From the human T2T-CHM13v2.0 reference genome, Homo sapiens, in NCBI RefSeq assembly GCF_009914755.1, contig NC_060935.1: 64,000 bases of DNA; one strand, written 5' to 3'. Below the pieces are notes generated by a model. The model did not search any database, was not told the origin of the DNA, and saw nothing but the letters and a program-made list of their open reading frames with translations. This document shows positions 28,001 to 40,971 of this stretch, one piece after another; the first letter of the stretch is position 1; the number at the start of each line of letters is the position of its first letter. The translations under genes were made by a program, and so were the position numbers.

Positions 28001-28850
28001 AGAGTCAAATTCTCACCTCTCAGACAAAAATGGGCTTTGCTATTAGATCCATAGTGCTTGTGAAGTTAGAAGGATGGTAAATGAACCTTTCCAATTTATT
28101 TTATAGCATTTTAAACACAGTTGAAGTTATGAAGCCACTGCAGAAAACTCAACTGCAGACATTTTAAGAGAAAAATTTTCCACTGAAACATACATGTATC
28201 AAAAGTTAGAGTCCAGACTACAACCTGACTGAGGATGTACTCAACCCTTAATTCTGACTATGAATTCCTTAACTTTCATTGTTTGATATTACAACTTTAA
28301 CATTTTCTTAATGGATTGAGCAGTGGATAAAATTAATTCAGCTTCTTACAGGAGATACTATACTTTTTGCATCATTTATTTGCTGTTATTTTGTACAAGT
28401 AAAAATCCATGACTCTAACATTAATAACTTTGAGTGGGAAGTTACTATATGTGAATTAAAAATGGTTATGTCAGTACATCCCCTCAGCATTTAAAAGATA
28501 TTTCCCTGTGCTATATCAAGTGTCACATAGTATATCAATTTTTATTTCCCATCTCTCAAGTCTGGTATGCATACTGTTTAACTTCTTAAATTCTAAGTAT
28601 AGACATAATTCACAAAAGCTAGGCAAATGCTTGACTTACAGGAGATGGCATACATAAGATTTATATGAACAACTTTATTTTCAGCAAGAAGGACTTTTGC
28701 ATTTTGTGCAGCTAAAACACATAATTTCAACTGTCTTTAAAAAGCTATAAAATAAATTGGAAAGGTTCATTTACCATCCTTCTAACTTCACAAGCACTAT
28801 GAATCTAATAGCAAAGCCCATTTTAGTCTGAGAGGTGAGAATTTGACTCT
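28001..28850. repeat. Inverted repeat: arms 28001-28131 and 28720-28850 (131 bp, 126/131 identical, ungapped), spacer 588 bp
   Basis: Manual reverse-complement alignment shows 5 mismatches. Confidence 0.95.
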
Positions 28851-29976
28851 GTTTTTTGAAAATAAAATGTTATGCTCTCTTTTATACAATCTCCAAGCTG
28901 CTCTAATACTTGGTCAACCATTTCTGAGTGCCTGACAAACCTTACTCTCACTCACTGACAGTTGAAAAGCTCTCGTTTGGCAGCCAGGGAAAATTGTTGC
29001 ACTTTATTTTCCTCTGTACTATCATGGTGATAATAATTGATTATAGTACCTACACATTGATTATTCTATATTCACATCACTAATTTGTGGGTTCTAAATA
29101 TGCATGTGTGTATAGATACAAATGTGTGTATATGTGCACATGTAGAATATGTACATGAAGGTTTCTCTATTAGAAACTCTGAAATTATTCCTATACCTAG
29201 TCATACAAGAACAAAAACAACAATGATAGTGGTATGTATTATGCTTAAGCAATTACTAGGGGTTTTATATAATTATCTCAAAGCTACTGTAAGGTATTGT
29301 AATTATCTTTAGGAATTAGGAAATACAGGCTGAGAGACATTAAGTAACTTGTCTTACAGCTACTAAGTAACAAAACAGACTACAGCGCTAACAGGTAGTG
29401 GAATTGTTATTTAAACCCTAATTTATTTATCTCCAATACCTGCACTGGTTCTATAAAATTTTTAAATTACATACATTCCGAAATAACACATCTTATTCTC
29501 TACATCTTTTGTTTATATGTACAAATTTACTTAAAAGTAGATTCAGAGTCATACATTCCTTACATATGTCAGGATGCAAGATTTTTTCTATGTCTTAAAG
29601 TTTTAAAAAACACTTTTAAAAAATGGGTTGATGTTTGTGTTAAAATTTATTCTGTTTAGAAAGTTAAAAGCCAAATGGCATCTGAGATTTTATTTTCTAA
29701 CTTTTTTGTCTTATTTTTGTCTTATTTTGTGCTTCATTTTTTTCATACACCTTCTCCAAAAGACACAGACCTTCTGATGTCTATACAATTTTAGCTTGCC
29801 AATATCCTCATAGACAAATAAAAATCAAGTTATTAGAAAAACTAACTAAATTTATTTAAATTGTTTAAACCATGGTCCATTAAAAGCTTTCTAGCTAGTA
29901 AGTAAAACAGCTATGACCAAAATGAAAAGTATATTTTAACTCATCATGAACTATTTAAGGTATACTCCAACCCTCA

Positions 29977-30070
29977 GGATGGATGGATGGACGGACAGAC
30001 GGACGGACGGATGGATGGATGGATGGATGGATGGATGGATGGATGAGACAGAGAGAGAGAGAGAGAGAGA
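29977..30070. repeat. Compound microsatellite (GGAT/GGAC)n + (GA)n
   Basis: Direct reading. Confidence 0.95.
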
Positions 30071-30137
30071 TTCAACCTAAATCTAAACAACTTAGCATTA
30101 ACCTTTAATCATTTAATCTTCATTACCCTGTATAGAG

Positions 30138-30309
30138 CAGTATTTTTCCATTCTGATTACCCACTAGAATCATCTATAAACTTTTCAATACTCTCCATGC
30201 TCAGACTGTATCCAAGACCAATTAAATAAAAATCTTTGGGATAGGCATCAGTATTTTTAACAAGATTCCAAGTGATTACAAGGGACAACCAAGGTTGAGA
30301 ACCACTAGC
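30138..30309. mobile_element. MER5-like hAT-Charlie MITE
   Basis: cagt...tagaatcatct...agaccaattaaat...ggcatcagtattttt...aggttgagaaccact. Confidence 0.7.
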
Positions 30310-31553
30310 ATGGAATGCTGTCACTCACTGCTCACATTCATCAGATGAAGAAGGTAGTTATAAAAAAAAGTTATTAATATTAAAGGTGTCTGACCCTCAG
30401 TATAGTGACACATCACGTTAAAGCCCTCAGGAAGTAGTATAATTAACTGTCTAAAAGGTTCATATGTAAACACCAAAAGAGTCACCCAGCCATATACACA
30501 CCTCCCATTGCACTACAAAAAGATTCCAATTATATTCTTTTTATCTCTTGCCTTGTAGGTATATACCCACAGCTATAGTAGTTCTAAGGGTAGAGAGAGT
30601 CTAGTGGCAAATTTTCTATTTTTTCTATTTAAGGATAAAGAGAATGTAATGACATTTTAGATGTTAGGTATTATTAGACACATTTTGTAAACTAGGAAAC
30701 TGAAGTGCAGTAAGATTTATTCAAGTCACAAAAAGGGCAAATGGAGAAAGGATCTGAAATACTGGAAACAGTGCTCCATCAGGCATCAAGAAACCTGGGT
30801 TCCCCTTGTGGCTCTGATAATACTTGCTTTTTAAGCTCAGACAAGCCTCTGGTCTATACCTCAGTTTCCTCGTGTAATCTAAAGGCTTTGGACTAGATTA
30901 AGCATGCCCAAAGGTTTTATATATCATAGATCAGCAAAATTTCAAAGACAAGCAAAAGTGGAGACTTACATATAGTTGGGAACTTTTTATTTTACCAAAT
31001 AAAACTATTGAAAAACAAAGAAAGCACATACCACCTATTATCACCAATACTTCATAGAAAGGACATTTTAATTCCCCAAAAGGTGGAAAAACATAATCTC
31101 AGGGTTATTTTAAAGTATGGCTTATGATAAACTTACTATATTGTCTTCAACATGGATAGCTACCTATTCTCCCTCTATCCAGTGAATGAGAATCATGATG
31201 ACGTTTTCGAGTTTAACATTCTGTGAAAGTGCTGGCAGGGTAGAGGGGGAATGTTTAATACAACTCTTACTGTAGTACTCTTTCAAGGGTTCCCCAAAAT
31301 TCCATTAGAGAACTATCTTCATAATTTTGTCATATCCAAGTACCTAATTACTATTTGCTTAAGATTTTAATTTGACTTTTTCTTTTGGTGTATATACACT
31401 TCAAAAGGAAACTTCATATTATACTTCAAATAGAAAATTAAAATCACCTGCCATAAATAGAAGCTAACCAGATAACCATGTAAAGGAAAACATTAAATTT
31501 ATTTAAATTCCAGCTGACTGCCATATTGCATCCAAAGGCTCTGAGAATAAGAT

Positions 31554-31555
<2 letters not shown>

Positions 31556-31596
<41 letters not shown>

Positions 31597-31612
31597 CTCT
31601 CTCTCTCTCTCT
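31556..31612. repeat. (CT)n microsatellite
   Basis: Direct reading. Confidence 0.95.
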
Positions 31613-34600
31613 GATTTTAGTACATACTAGAAGAGTATTAAAGACTAACATTAAACTGAGCCCTCAATATAATGAGAAGGATCAAGGAAAAAAAAAATAG
31701 AAGAGAGACATTTTCCTATTCAGTATTACGTAATGTCACATGCTGGCCTCACCTGGAACATCTGGCCCACTCTGCTGCACCTCACTCTGCCTCTGAAGAG
31801 GTAAGGCACTCTTCCACTTTAATTCCGGAAAGAAGCAGAGACTGGTTTCCCTGAATTTTTAGTACCACTGGTTTGGGAGAGAGCTGGGGAGTACAGTGCA
31901 GTCTAAGAGATAAGCACAGATAGAGAAGGGCGGGTTGTGTAGAGACTGAAGTAACTGAAGGATAGCGCAGAAAAAGCTTTGAGATTCACCTTCAGGTTTT
32001 GGTGTGCTGAATGAGATCTTTGCCATAAGGCCACACTCGGAAAAACAGGTAACTAGCTGATTCCATTGAGTAGCTCTTGGGATCTGGTCAGTTCTCTTAT
32101 TTTTAGGCGCATTCCAACTATAACAAACAGTCTAGCATGACTAATGTGGAAAAACTAAAGTGTAGTTTTAGTTCACAACAAGAATTTGTAATTTTTGCTG
32201 TTATAGCCCTTGCTAGTCATAATTATAGCAGCTTTACCTATTCTTTATAACCCAGAAACTTTATTATTAAAATGTTTGAAGCAGACTATAGAGCATCTAT
32301 CATGACTTTTAAAGTTAATTAGATTACATAAAAGAAATAATTAGATTTGCATTTTTATCTTGGTTTTAAACATCCAAAGATCACAACAGCCTGCCTGTGG
32401 GCAATTAAAAACAGCATACAGCAGAGACATAGAGAGAGGAAAGAGGGTCTGTTTTTCCTGGCTAATTCATGATTGAAGATAGAATTACAAAATATTTTAA
32501 GGGCTTGCGGAAGCTAGGGGCTAATCCTAGACTTCTAAGCTTTGTTTATACCCCTCATTTCTTTGCAAGGGAGTATCATATGTATGTACAGTGCCAATAG
32601 AAGTATCAAATTACTTTCAATAGGTTTATTTAGTCCTTTTCAGAGAAAGTTGGAAGGAGATCCATTACCTGATCAATAACATACAAAAAACGACTATTTG
32701 CCAGAGCCAAAACAGGAGCACTGTAATTGCATTTTGTTCATCAATGATAAATACAAATAACAAAGAAATACAACCTAAGACAGAGGGACTATGTGGGATT
32801 GAAGTCAGCTTCTGACTGTCCTCGGTTTTTCTGTTGGGTGCCCCAGCCATTTCCAAAAGACAATAAATGGAAGGTGCAGCTCTTAAAATTAGAGGTCAAT
32901 TAGATACTTAATGATGAAACATATCTCCAATATATATCTATTATTATTATGCTAGCAAAAAATTAATTAACTAGGTCAAGCAGGTCATGAAGGCTAATGT
33001 ACAAAGCAATTATTTCTGATCTTTAGACAACTACTTCACATAAAAAGGTAGTCCTTTATTCTGCTCAGCAGATACCTGAAATGCCTGTAGTTAATCATAT
33101 TGAAGGAAACAAAAGGTAAGGTCTATCTCCTTAAAAGGTGAGAGGACATCTCAAGTTATTATGTTTAATTGTTTAAGGACAATCACTTCCTTGCTGATAA
33201 TATTAGCATCTTTCTGGTTACCAAAAAGGAAGAAAGGATAACACACATTTAATGATGCTCTACCACGTGGGAAACATACAGACTCACAAAATATATAAAT
33301 AGCACACAGGAATATATTATAATCAAAATTAAAAACACTGTATATGAAAGATAATCATATATGCTTAAGAACAGAGTACAACTTCAGTGAAGTAATGAAC
33401 ACTGGTTTGGGTAAAAGAAAATAAGCAATATGTATTTCAACATTTAAAAGAAAAAGTTTTCAGATAAGACAAAGAATATTTGCAAAGACGCAGCAATGGC
33501 ATTTAGTTCAGGCCTTCTACAAATAAAGTTTGCCATCTAATGCATATGTTAAATGATGAGGGGAGGGCAATGAATATTGCACATTAATCATAAAGAAAAC
33601 AAGGCACTAAAAATTTCAAGTCTCACGATTTTACCCAAAAAAGACACATGTGTATGAATTGACTAAATCATTGGCCCTTGCCCAGAAAGCCAAATGCCTA
33701 AATAAAACCCCATCCAGCCAGTCCATTCTTAAGAGATCGTTGTTTAGTTAGTTATGTGAGGAGAGGACACTGCCTATATAGCTCACAATATAAGCCACTT
33801 GAATAACTCTAAAATTGGAGTCTGAAGAGACACAAATAATTGGATAATACTATTCATCCCTGGAAAAGGAAGTTTCTCACAGAGATATTTTAATGAGCTG
33901 AATTCTTTTGCAAAGACTCAGTTCTAGTTGCAAAATTCCATCGTTAAATGTGTTCCTATTGATGTGCTATAGAAACCAAAGAATGTGGTATATTGGATCC
34001 ATAAAAAAAATCTCCAGATTCAAAACCATGGCCTGGTCAAATGAGGTTAGATGAATAAATATGTGAAAAAAATCAAGAAATGAGGATTTATAAAATATTT
34101 TCTGTTTTGCCTAGAATTGTCTTATATTTAATCATTGATTAAAATACTGTAAACATGCTTTGATCTGTTTACAACTGTCAAATTAATTAAAAGTGAATTC
34201 TGTTTACCAGTTAGCATAACTCAGAAGTAAAATGCTTCGAAATATTAGCTAAGATACTACAGTTCAATGAGTGGGAGGGGGAGGATGAAATTACTGAAGC
34301 AGTTATCTTTCCTTTGAAATTACAGCCTATGAATCAATATTCCCAACTCCAAAGATCCATATTCCATGACCTATTAGTTTTGCTTTCCATAGACTTGGTA
34401 AAAAATATGCTATTTCTGTCCTGGAAATATCAAAAATATCTATTTTTTTCCTGGGCTCCATATCAGGAGAATTACTTCACATGTAAAAAATTAGAGAAAT
34501 CATCATTTTCCCCAAAGCACAGAGGGATCTGAATTTACAAAGCAAACATTCTCCGAAAAGACCTAATATTAAAGTGATATTTTAATAATCATTTATAATT

Positions 34601-37600
34601 ATTATCCTGATTTATTAAAAGGTAAAAATGGACTCATCAAAACTATAAAAACAGTTCACAAAATCATACATCTTACTTTTCCAACACGGTTTACTTGGCT
34701 TTAGAAGAATCTATTTAAAAGTTTAGTTAGAATTTACGAAGGCAAAATAATGTTAAAAAATATATTCAAGGAAGACATATAAATAAAATTGTTCTTAACT
34801 GCACATATAAGTTCTGAATAATTGCAAATAAAATAAACATGGGAACTTTTACAATACTATCTTAATCATGCCTTTTCCTATTTCTAATGAAAAATCCTGT
34901 TTTTCAATTTGTGGAAGCCATTCATTCATTTTCATTTGTTTCCATTATAATAGACCCAGATGTGTCTGTGTGGGGTTGTTACAAGAGGTTAGGCACTCTT
35001 CCCTTTGTTTCTATTAAAGCTTGCAAATTGGGGGGAAAAAAACAGTACTATTTCAGAAGACAGCATTCTAAACTAGAGGAACGATTTTGAATGCAACCAC
35101 CTCATACTCATGACCCATAGCCAGTTGCCATGATTTAATCTTGCTGACCATGTAAGCTAATAGGTTCTAGGACTCAAGATATAAAAAGAAAAAAAAAGTG
35201 TCAAACTTGCTCAAATTGTCTCTGTATTCATCATTTGCTTTTGAAAGAGAAGTTAAGTTTCATTTTTAATATATTTAATAATCTTTAATTCACCTTTAAT
35301 AATTTTGTTTTATCCTTTGTTCTGTTTTGGGTTCAAATGAGAAAGTGTTTCTTTTTTTGATAGAAAAAAAATGTTTGAAGCATCCCTCAAGTCTCATATT
35401 TTGCTCAGAAAGCATTTAAAATTAATCCAACAATAATCTCTCTCTTAAATTTGATTAAATTTCAAAAGCCATATTTGAAAATATAGTTACCCTTTCCCCT
35501 TCCAAAAAAAAAAAAAGAAAGTCTGAATGTCAAATACCTGTTTTGTAAGTCTCAGAGATGAATACATTTTGTGATTTTGTGTAAGGAGTACGTGTTTTTC
35601 AGCATTTGAAAAATTTTTTGAATGGTCTCACATGTAGAAGGTAAATACTGACAAGATATGCCATAAAGCAGTAGCTCAGGACAGAATGAACTATAAATAC
35701 AGGTCTTATTGCTTTCTCTTATTTTTTAAAAAATTTGAGTTCTTATTACAAAGAATCTTATATTTCTAAAGTGAATGTAACTCTGACATTGACTATCTTT
35801 ATTTTATAATTTATACTGCTAAGTTCAAGTGCTGATTAGCTTAAATTAAAAAATTAAACAACAAGAAATATCCACACATTTTAAAAGCAATCAAACTTCT
35901 ATTAGAAAACTTGAAAAACATTACTCCTATCTTTTCAAATTGATGTTTCCAAATGTTCATTCCAATGAATATTTTAAGATCATGTTCTGTAGTTTTCTGA
36001 AAAAGATGTAGTCAATTTATACTACACAATCATATATAAGTAATACACACTAAAAGTATTTCATTAAAATATTCTGAACTGATTTGGTTGCTATTCACCT
36101 GGAGTTCTCAGTGCCACAGGAAAACATCAGTGAAGACAACCAGTCAGTATAAACAGCACTGGACTAAGAAGTAAAATATATTAGAAAAGAATAAACAAGT
36201 AAGTTATAAAGCAGTAGTAAAAACAATAATTAACTGATATAAGAACACCTCAGGGAACTTCCTCCATTCCTGCTTTACAAATAGGAGAAACAGAGAGAAC
36301 TAAACGATCATGTTATTTAACACCTACTGAGTTCCTACAGAGGGATCTACAGAAAAATGTAGGAAGCCACAGGCTAAAAATCTTGACCTGAGCAGTAGGA
36401 GCTACACTGAAAATTCTAATAAGGGCAGAACAAGGGAACACCTGGACAGTTATTTAATTAAGGGTCTCAGCATGAGTCATAAAAGAGATATCAGGATGAG
36501 AAATTATTCCAAGATTTAATTGTAAAGGCTGACTGTCAAAAATGCCAGACATTACAACTCATCTATATTTGGACTTTTTATTTTGCAACATGTGTACTTG
36601 AATATGGAATACTGAATACGACAAAAACCAACAAAAAAGTTGGCTAAGATCTCCTACTGAAAATAGCTGGACAAAATGCCAATTAGGTAAAGGGACTGCT
36701 TCAGATACCAAATTAGTACTTTAAGTGCAGTAACTACCTGGAACACTGAGTATGATTAACAAAATGAAGCAAGGATCGAAGGTAAAATCCTTGTTATTCA
36801 TCAATGAGATAGAATATTGCAGTAAACTATGACCTCATGCTACTGATTTTTTTTTTAAAATACAGAAGGGCATGATATTAACCTCAAGAAAAGTAATAAT
36901 ATAATTCAGAATACACTGGCCCAGCTAGTTTGAATCAAGATCCCAGCAGGTTCTCCAATAATCAAGGGAAACAAGAGTCTACCGTAGGATAGGCATAACT
37001 CTGTGATCAGTGTTTCTGAGGATTAGTCACTAGACAGCCAGTTCCTTATTCTAGGGCTTTCTAGAAGTCACACACCTATATTTCTATTTGGAAAGGGAAA
37101 CCATTTTCCTTGCCTATCTCAAATAGCTGTTCATTGAGTTAACCATCAAGTATCTAAAAGAATGTCAGAAATCAGACCATCACCTTTCCTCCCCAGATCA
37201 TTGTAATTATGATCTATATATTTTTACATTGCCATAAGAAAAAGGGATTTTCTACACCATGTCATAATTATTCAGGAACAGTTTTTCTTCCTTTTTAGAC
37301 TGTAAGCTCCTTGAAGACAAACTATCACTCATTAATCTCTCTATTCCCTTTAGCATCTAGAAGGAATACAATTAATATTTGTTAAGGAACAAATTATTAA
37401 CAGCCTTTTTCCAGATTTTTCTCATAATTGGTCCAATTAGTCCTAACAAGTAAATTAAAAGTAAGTTCTCTCTACAGTACTATTACATGGTAAAATACAA
37501 AACAGAAAGTGGTCAGTGGCAATAAAAAATACCATCTGTATGCTACCTGGGAGACCATTAGGTTCCCAGTAAGTAGTGTTAGGCAAAAGGCAAAAAGAAA

Positions 37601-37826
37601 AAAGATAAGGGTTATTTTGCTTACATATCACATCAGAGAATAATGCTTAGGCCACCATCTAGTCCATATTTCTTACATTCAATTATAGAATTGTGCACAA
37701 CATCCTTGAAAACAGCCCTATTGGTGCTGTTTATAAGACAGGGGTACATCTGCAGAGTTTTAAATTCCATTTTCAAGGAGGAAAGTATCTAAGTATAATC
37801 AGACGAGAGTAATAAAATACACTGAC

Positions 37827-37895
37827 CTGGATCTGTTGCTGCAGGAGATTAATTTTGTGCTGCTGTTGCAGAAGTTGCTGCTGTTGTCTCGCAAT
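37827..37895 (-). CDS. SOX6: SOX6 next coding exon (69 bp, phase 0 to 0): IARQQQQLLQQQHKINLLQQQIQ, Q-box
   Basis: Translated by hand from the minus strand; it continues in frame from the 173-bp exon. Acceptor tttatttctgatAG|ATT and donor ATCCAG|GTCAGT. Too short for the ORF track. Confidence 0.96.
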
Positions 37896-39429
37896 CTATC
37901 AGAAATAAAGTTTCATTAAGTTAAAATGAAATGCTTACACCTCTGCCATTACCTCAGGTATTTCTCCTGGTATTACAACAATCTTTTACTGCACCTCTAT
38001 GTGAAAGAGTTCCTATAAAATGAGAGAGGCCAAATCAGAAAGATGGATGAAAGGAAAAATTTTTAAACAAGTGCCACCTCTCTGCTTTATCTGTAGGAAA
38101 ACTACCCCTTCTATTATATTTGTGAGCTATTCACCTATATCTGCACTGGTCAGCTGGAAATCATGGGATTTTAGAAATCGAATCCTTGTAGAATAGAGAT
38201 AGAAAAATCTCTGGCTACATTTTTCTAAATGGCTTAATTTGGATGTAAAAAGTAAAATCTGTAAGCAAAGACAGGAAAAATCTTCGTATTATTGCTTAAT
38301 ATGGTCTATGTTGGCAAAACCTTTCCTGATACAAAGATTTTCAGAACTGATACATTTACAAATATTGTTAAAGGAGTGCCAAAGGACACAGCAAAAAGTA
38401 AAAAATCTTTAGCTTTTTTTGTTGATGCTGTATGTGATGTACAAAATATTTTTAAAAACAAATTAAGCTGTAATTTAACATTTATCCATTTATCCTTTTG
38501 AGAACAATGTGTTTATTTCATAGTACAGGATCTATATACAAATTTTATATTTCCTTGTTTCATCCAACAATCAAATTCAACATCTAAACACATTATCTGG
38601 TCTATAAAAAGAAATGTTAACCATTTAATGCAAGCCCTACTGATGACTGTCTCTGGCCCTCAGGAGGTCAAATAGCTTCCTTAGGATAATAGTGTTTACT
38701 ATGAAGTATGAGTCAGGCATCAGGCCACTATTGACTCAAAAGCTGAGCTGCTACAGCTCGAAGTCCAGAGAGATGATCCTTAGTGAGAACACACTCACTG
38801 CCAACCTAGGAAGCCAGAGAGAAAAGCAGCCAGAGAGCACTCAGAAGGACTTTGTTTAGTAGTGCCTTTTTGTCAAGAGTGTCTTTTCTTCCTATTTCTT
38901 CCTACTTCCAAAGCCAGTATTCTAGAATGGGTTATGTTGGAAGTGAAAATGAGTGTAAATCAGTTCCAAGCTATATACTTCCCAAGCCTTTTTAATGTTT
39001 TAGCCTATGCAGGGGGTAGTGCCCAAATTATATTTCATTCAGCACAAGATGACAACATAGCAGTCTGCTTCTAAATGTTGCTTTCTGATTTTGGATGACA
39101 ACTGGTTCCTACTGGAAGCCATGATAAAGCTGCCCCTAATGTAGACTACAGTGTGAGAAATGAGACTCCTCCTTGTCAGAGCTTTATACTTAAAGTGGAA
39201 ATAGTATTTAATCAGGTTGGGATGGCCCACTCTGCTTGTGGATATTCAAATCAGAAATGTACAACTCATTCTGCAGCTCTAGGTATAGATGCTGGATCCT
39301 CTGAATATTTATTTCTTCTTAGCAAACCAGTGAAATGCCACTAGGCATCTAATATTGATGGTCCCTCCTAAATGATAAAGTGCTGCATAGAAATGCATCC
39401 AAAACACCACAGTGCAATTACTATCATCC

Positions 39430-39720
39430 ACTCTAGACGTATGGGTTTGACACAGTGAAGTATGGTACATAAGCGCCATGTGGCTCAAATTCTGAATTTT
39501 ATTTGCCAATAGGTTGAGCTACATGCTCGCTTCATTGAGCATGACAACCTAGTTTTAAGTGTCATTTAATTTTCATTTTGAAATATAATTACAAAGTGTT
39601 CACTGTAAGATATCACTCGTCTGCAAATGTGTCAAGATTAATTTGTGCTAGCTTATTCACAAGTGTCAATAGTTAATTACTGTGTCATCTCTGGATGGCT
39701 AAATGACATTCTAACTTCTG
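39430..39720. promoter_or_regulatory. Candidate intronic enhancer between the two exons
   Basis: No recognisable repeat; 7 TGACA/TGTCA plus several TAAT motifs; retained CpGs. Confidence 0.45.
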
Positions 39721-40158
39721 ATTTTTTACAGTGTTCCTTTATGTTATTTTCCATTAGGGGCTGAGTCCATATTCCTACATGTGGGCAAATATTCAAGCAT
39801 ATAAAATACCAGACATCACAACTCATTAAAATCAACAGAGTATATATTGCTCTATATACTCCTATAAAATACATTTAACTGAAAAGATAATTCCAGTAAT
39901 AATGTCAGATTCCTAAAAACTGCACATTAATTTAGATCTGTCTGATCTAAAGCATCAGGGACTACTCTATAGGATCATTGTTAGATTAATGTACTCTTAT
40001 GAGACAAGAAAAAACATTTGGGAAAGTGATTTATTTTTAAAAGACATACATTTAAACTTTGCTATTTTTTCTTCATTCTCAATTCTAAGTCAATCAGGTC
40101 AAATACTTTTAGGAACGATGTACTAATTTGTATTCAATGACTTACCTATGCTATAAAT

Positions 40159-40286
40159 AGTGACCATGTGATGTATCATCCAAACCAAGAAAACTTTCAC
40201 AAGTAAAAGGAGGCAGGGTATTATTACTCTAGAAAACAGGCATTATACCAGGGCTATCTGGGGAAAACTGAAATGTATGGTCACCT
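40159..40286. mobile_element. MER94-like hAT-Blackjack MITE
   Basis: Terminal inverted repeats gtgaccat ... atggtcac with internal tatcatccaaacc...aaaggaggc. A related, more decayed copy lies at ~55060-55172. Confidence 0.65.
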
Positions 40287-40629
40287 CTTTGGACTTTAAA
40301 CCTGAAGAAAATCATTGCACCAATGAGCTAAAAGATTCCCAAAGTTTTTCTGGAACAGAACCCCCTTTTTCTGGGAGGAAAATAAGGCCCAGAGAAAAGT
40401 CACTTACTCATAGTGAAGCTACAGAGGGATTATATGTGATGTCTATATGAATAAGCATCCCCAAATCATTAATCAAATCCAAACCTGAAACAATGTATCA
40501 TTTTAGTTATGCCCAGTTGCTATGATGCCTTTTTTGTACACATATTCCCTCAAAATTCTTGAAGACCCTAGATTTCCAGAAGGCTTTGTTTTTTTTTTCA
40601 TCTTTTCTTATTTTTATTTTTATTTTTTA

Positions 40630-40971
<342 letters not shown>

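Noticed and set aside
31711-31806. Plus-strand ttttcctattcAG ... GAG|GTAAGG, a possible antisense exon
   Set aside because: Splice-like motifs alone are common, there are no partner exons, and the region may be transposon-derived.
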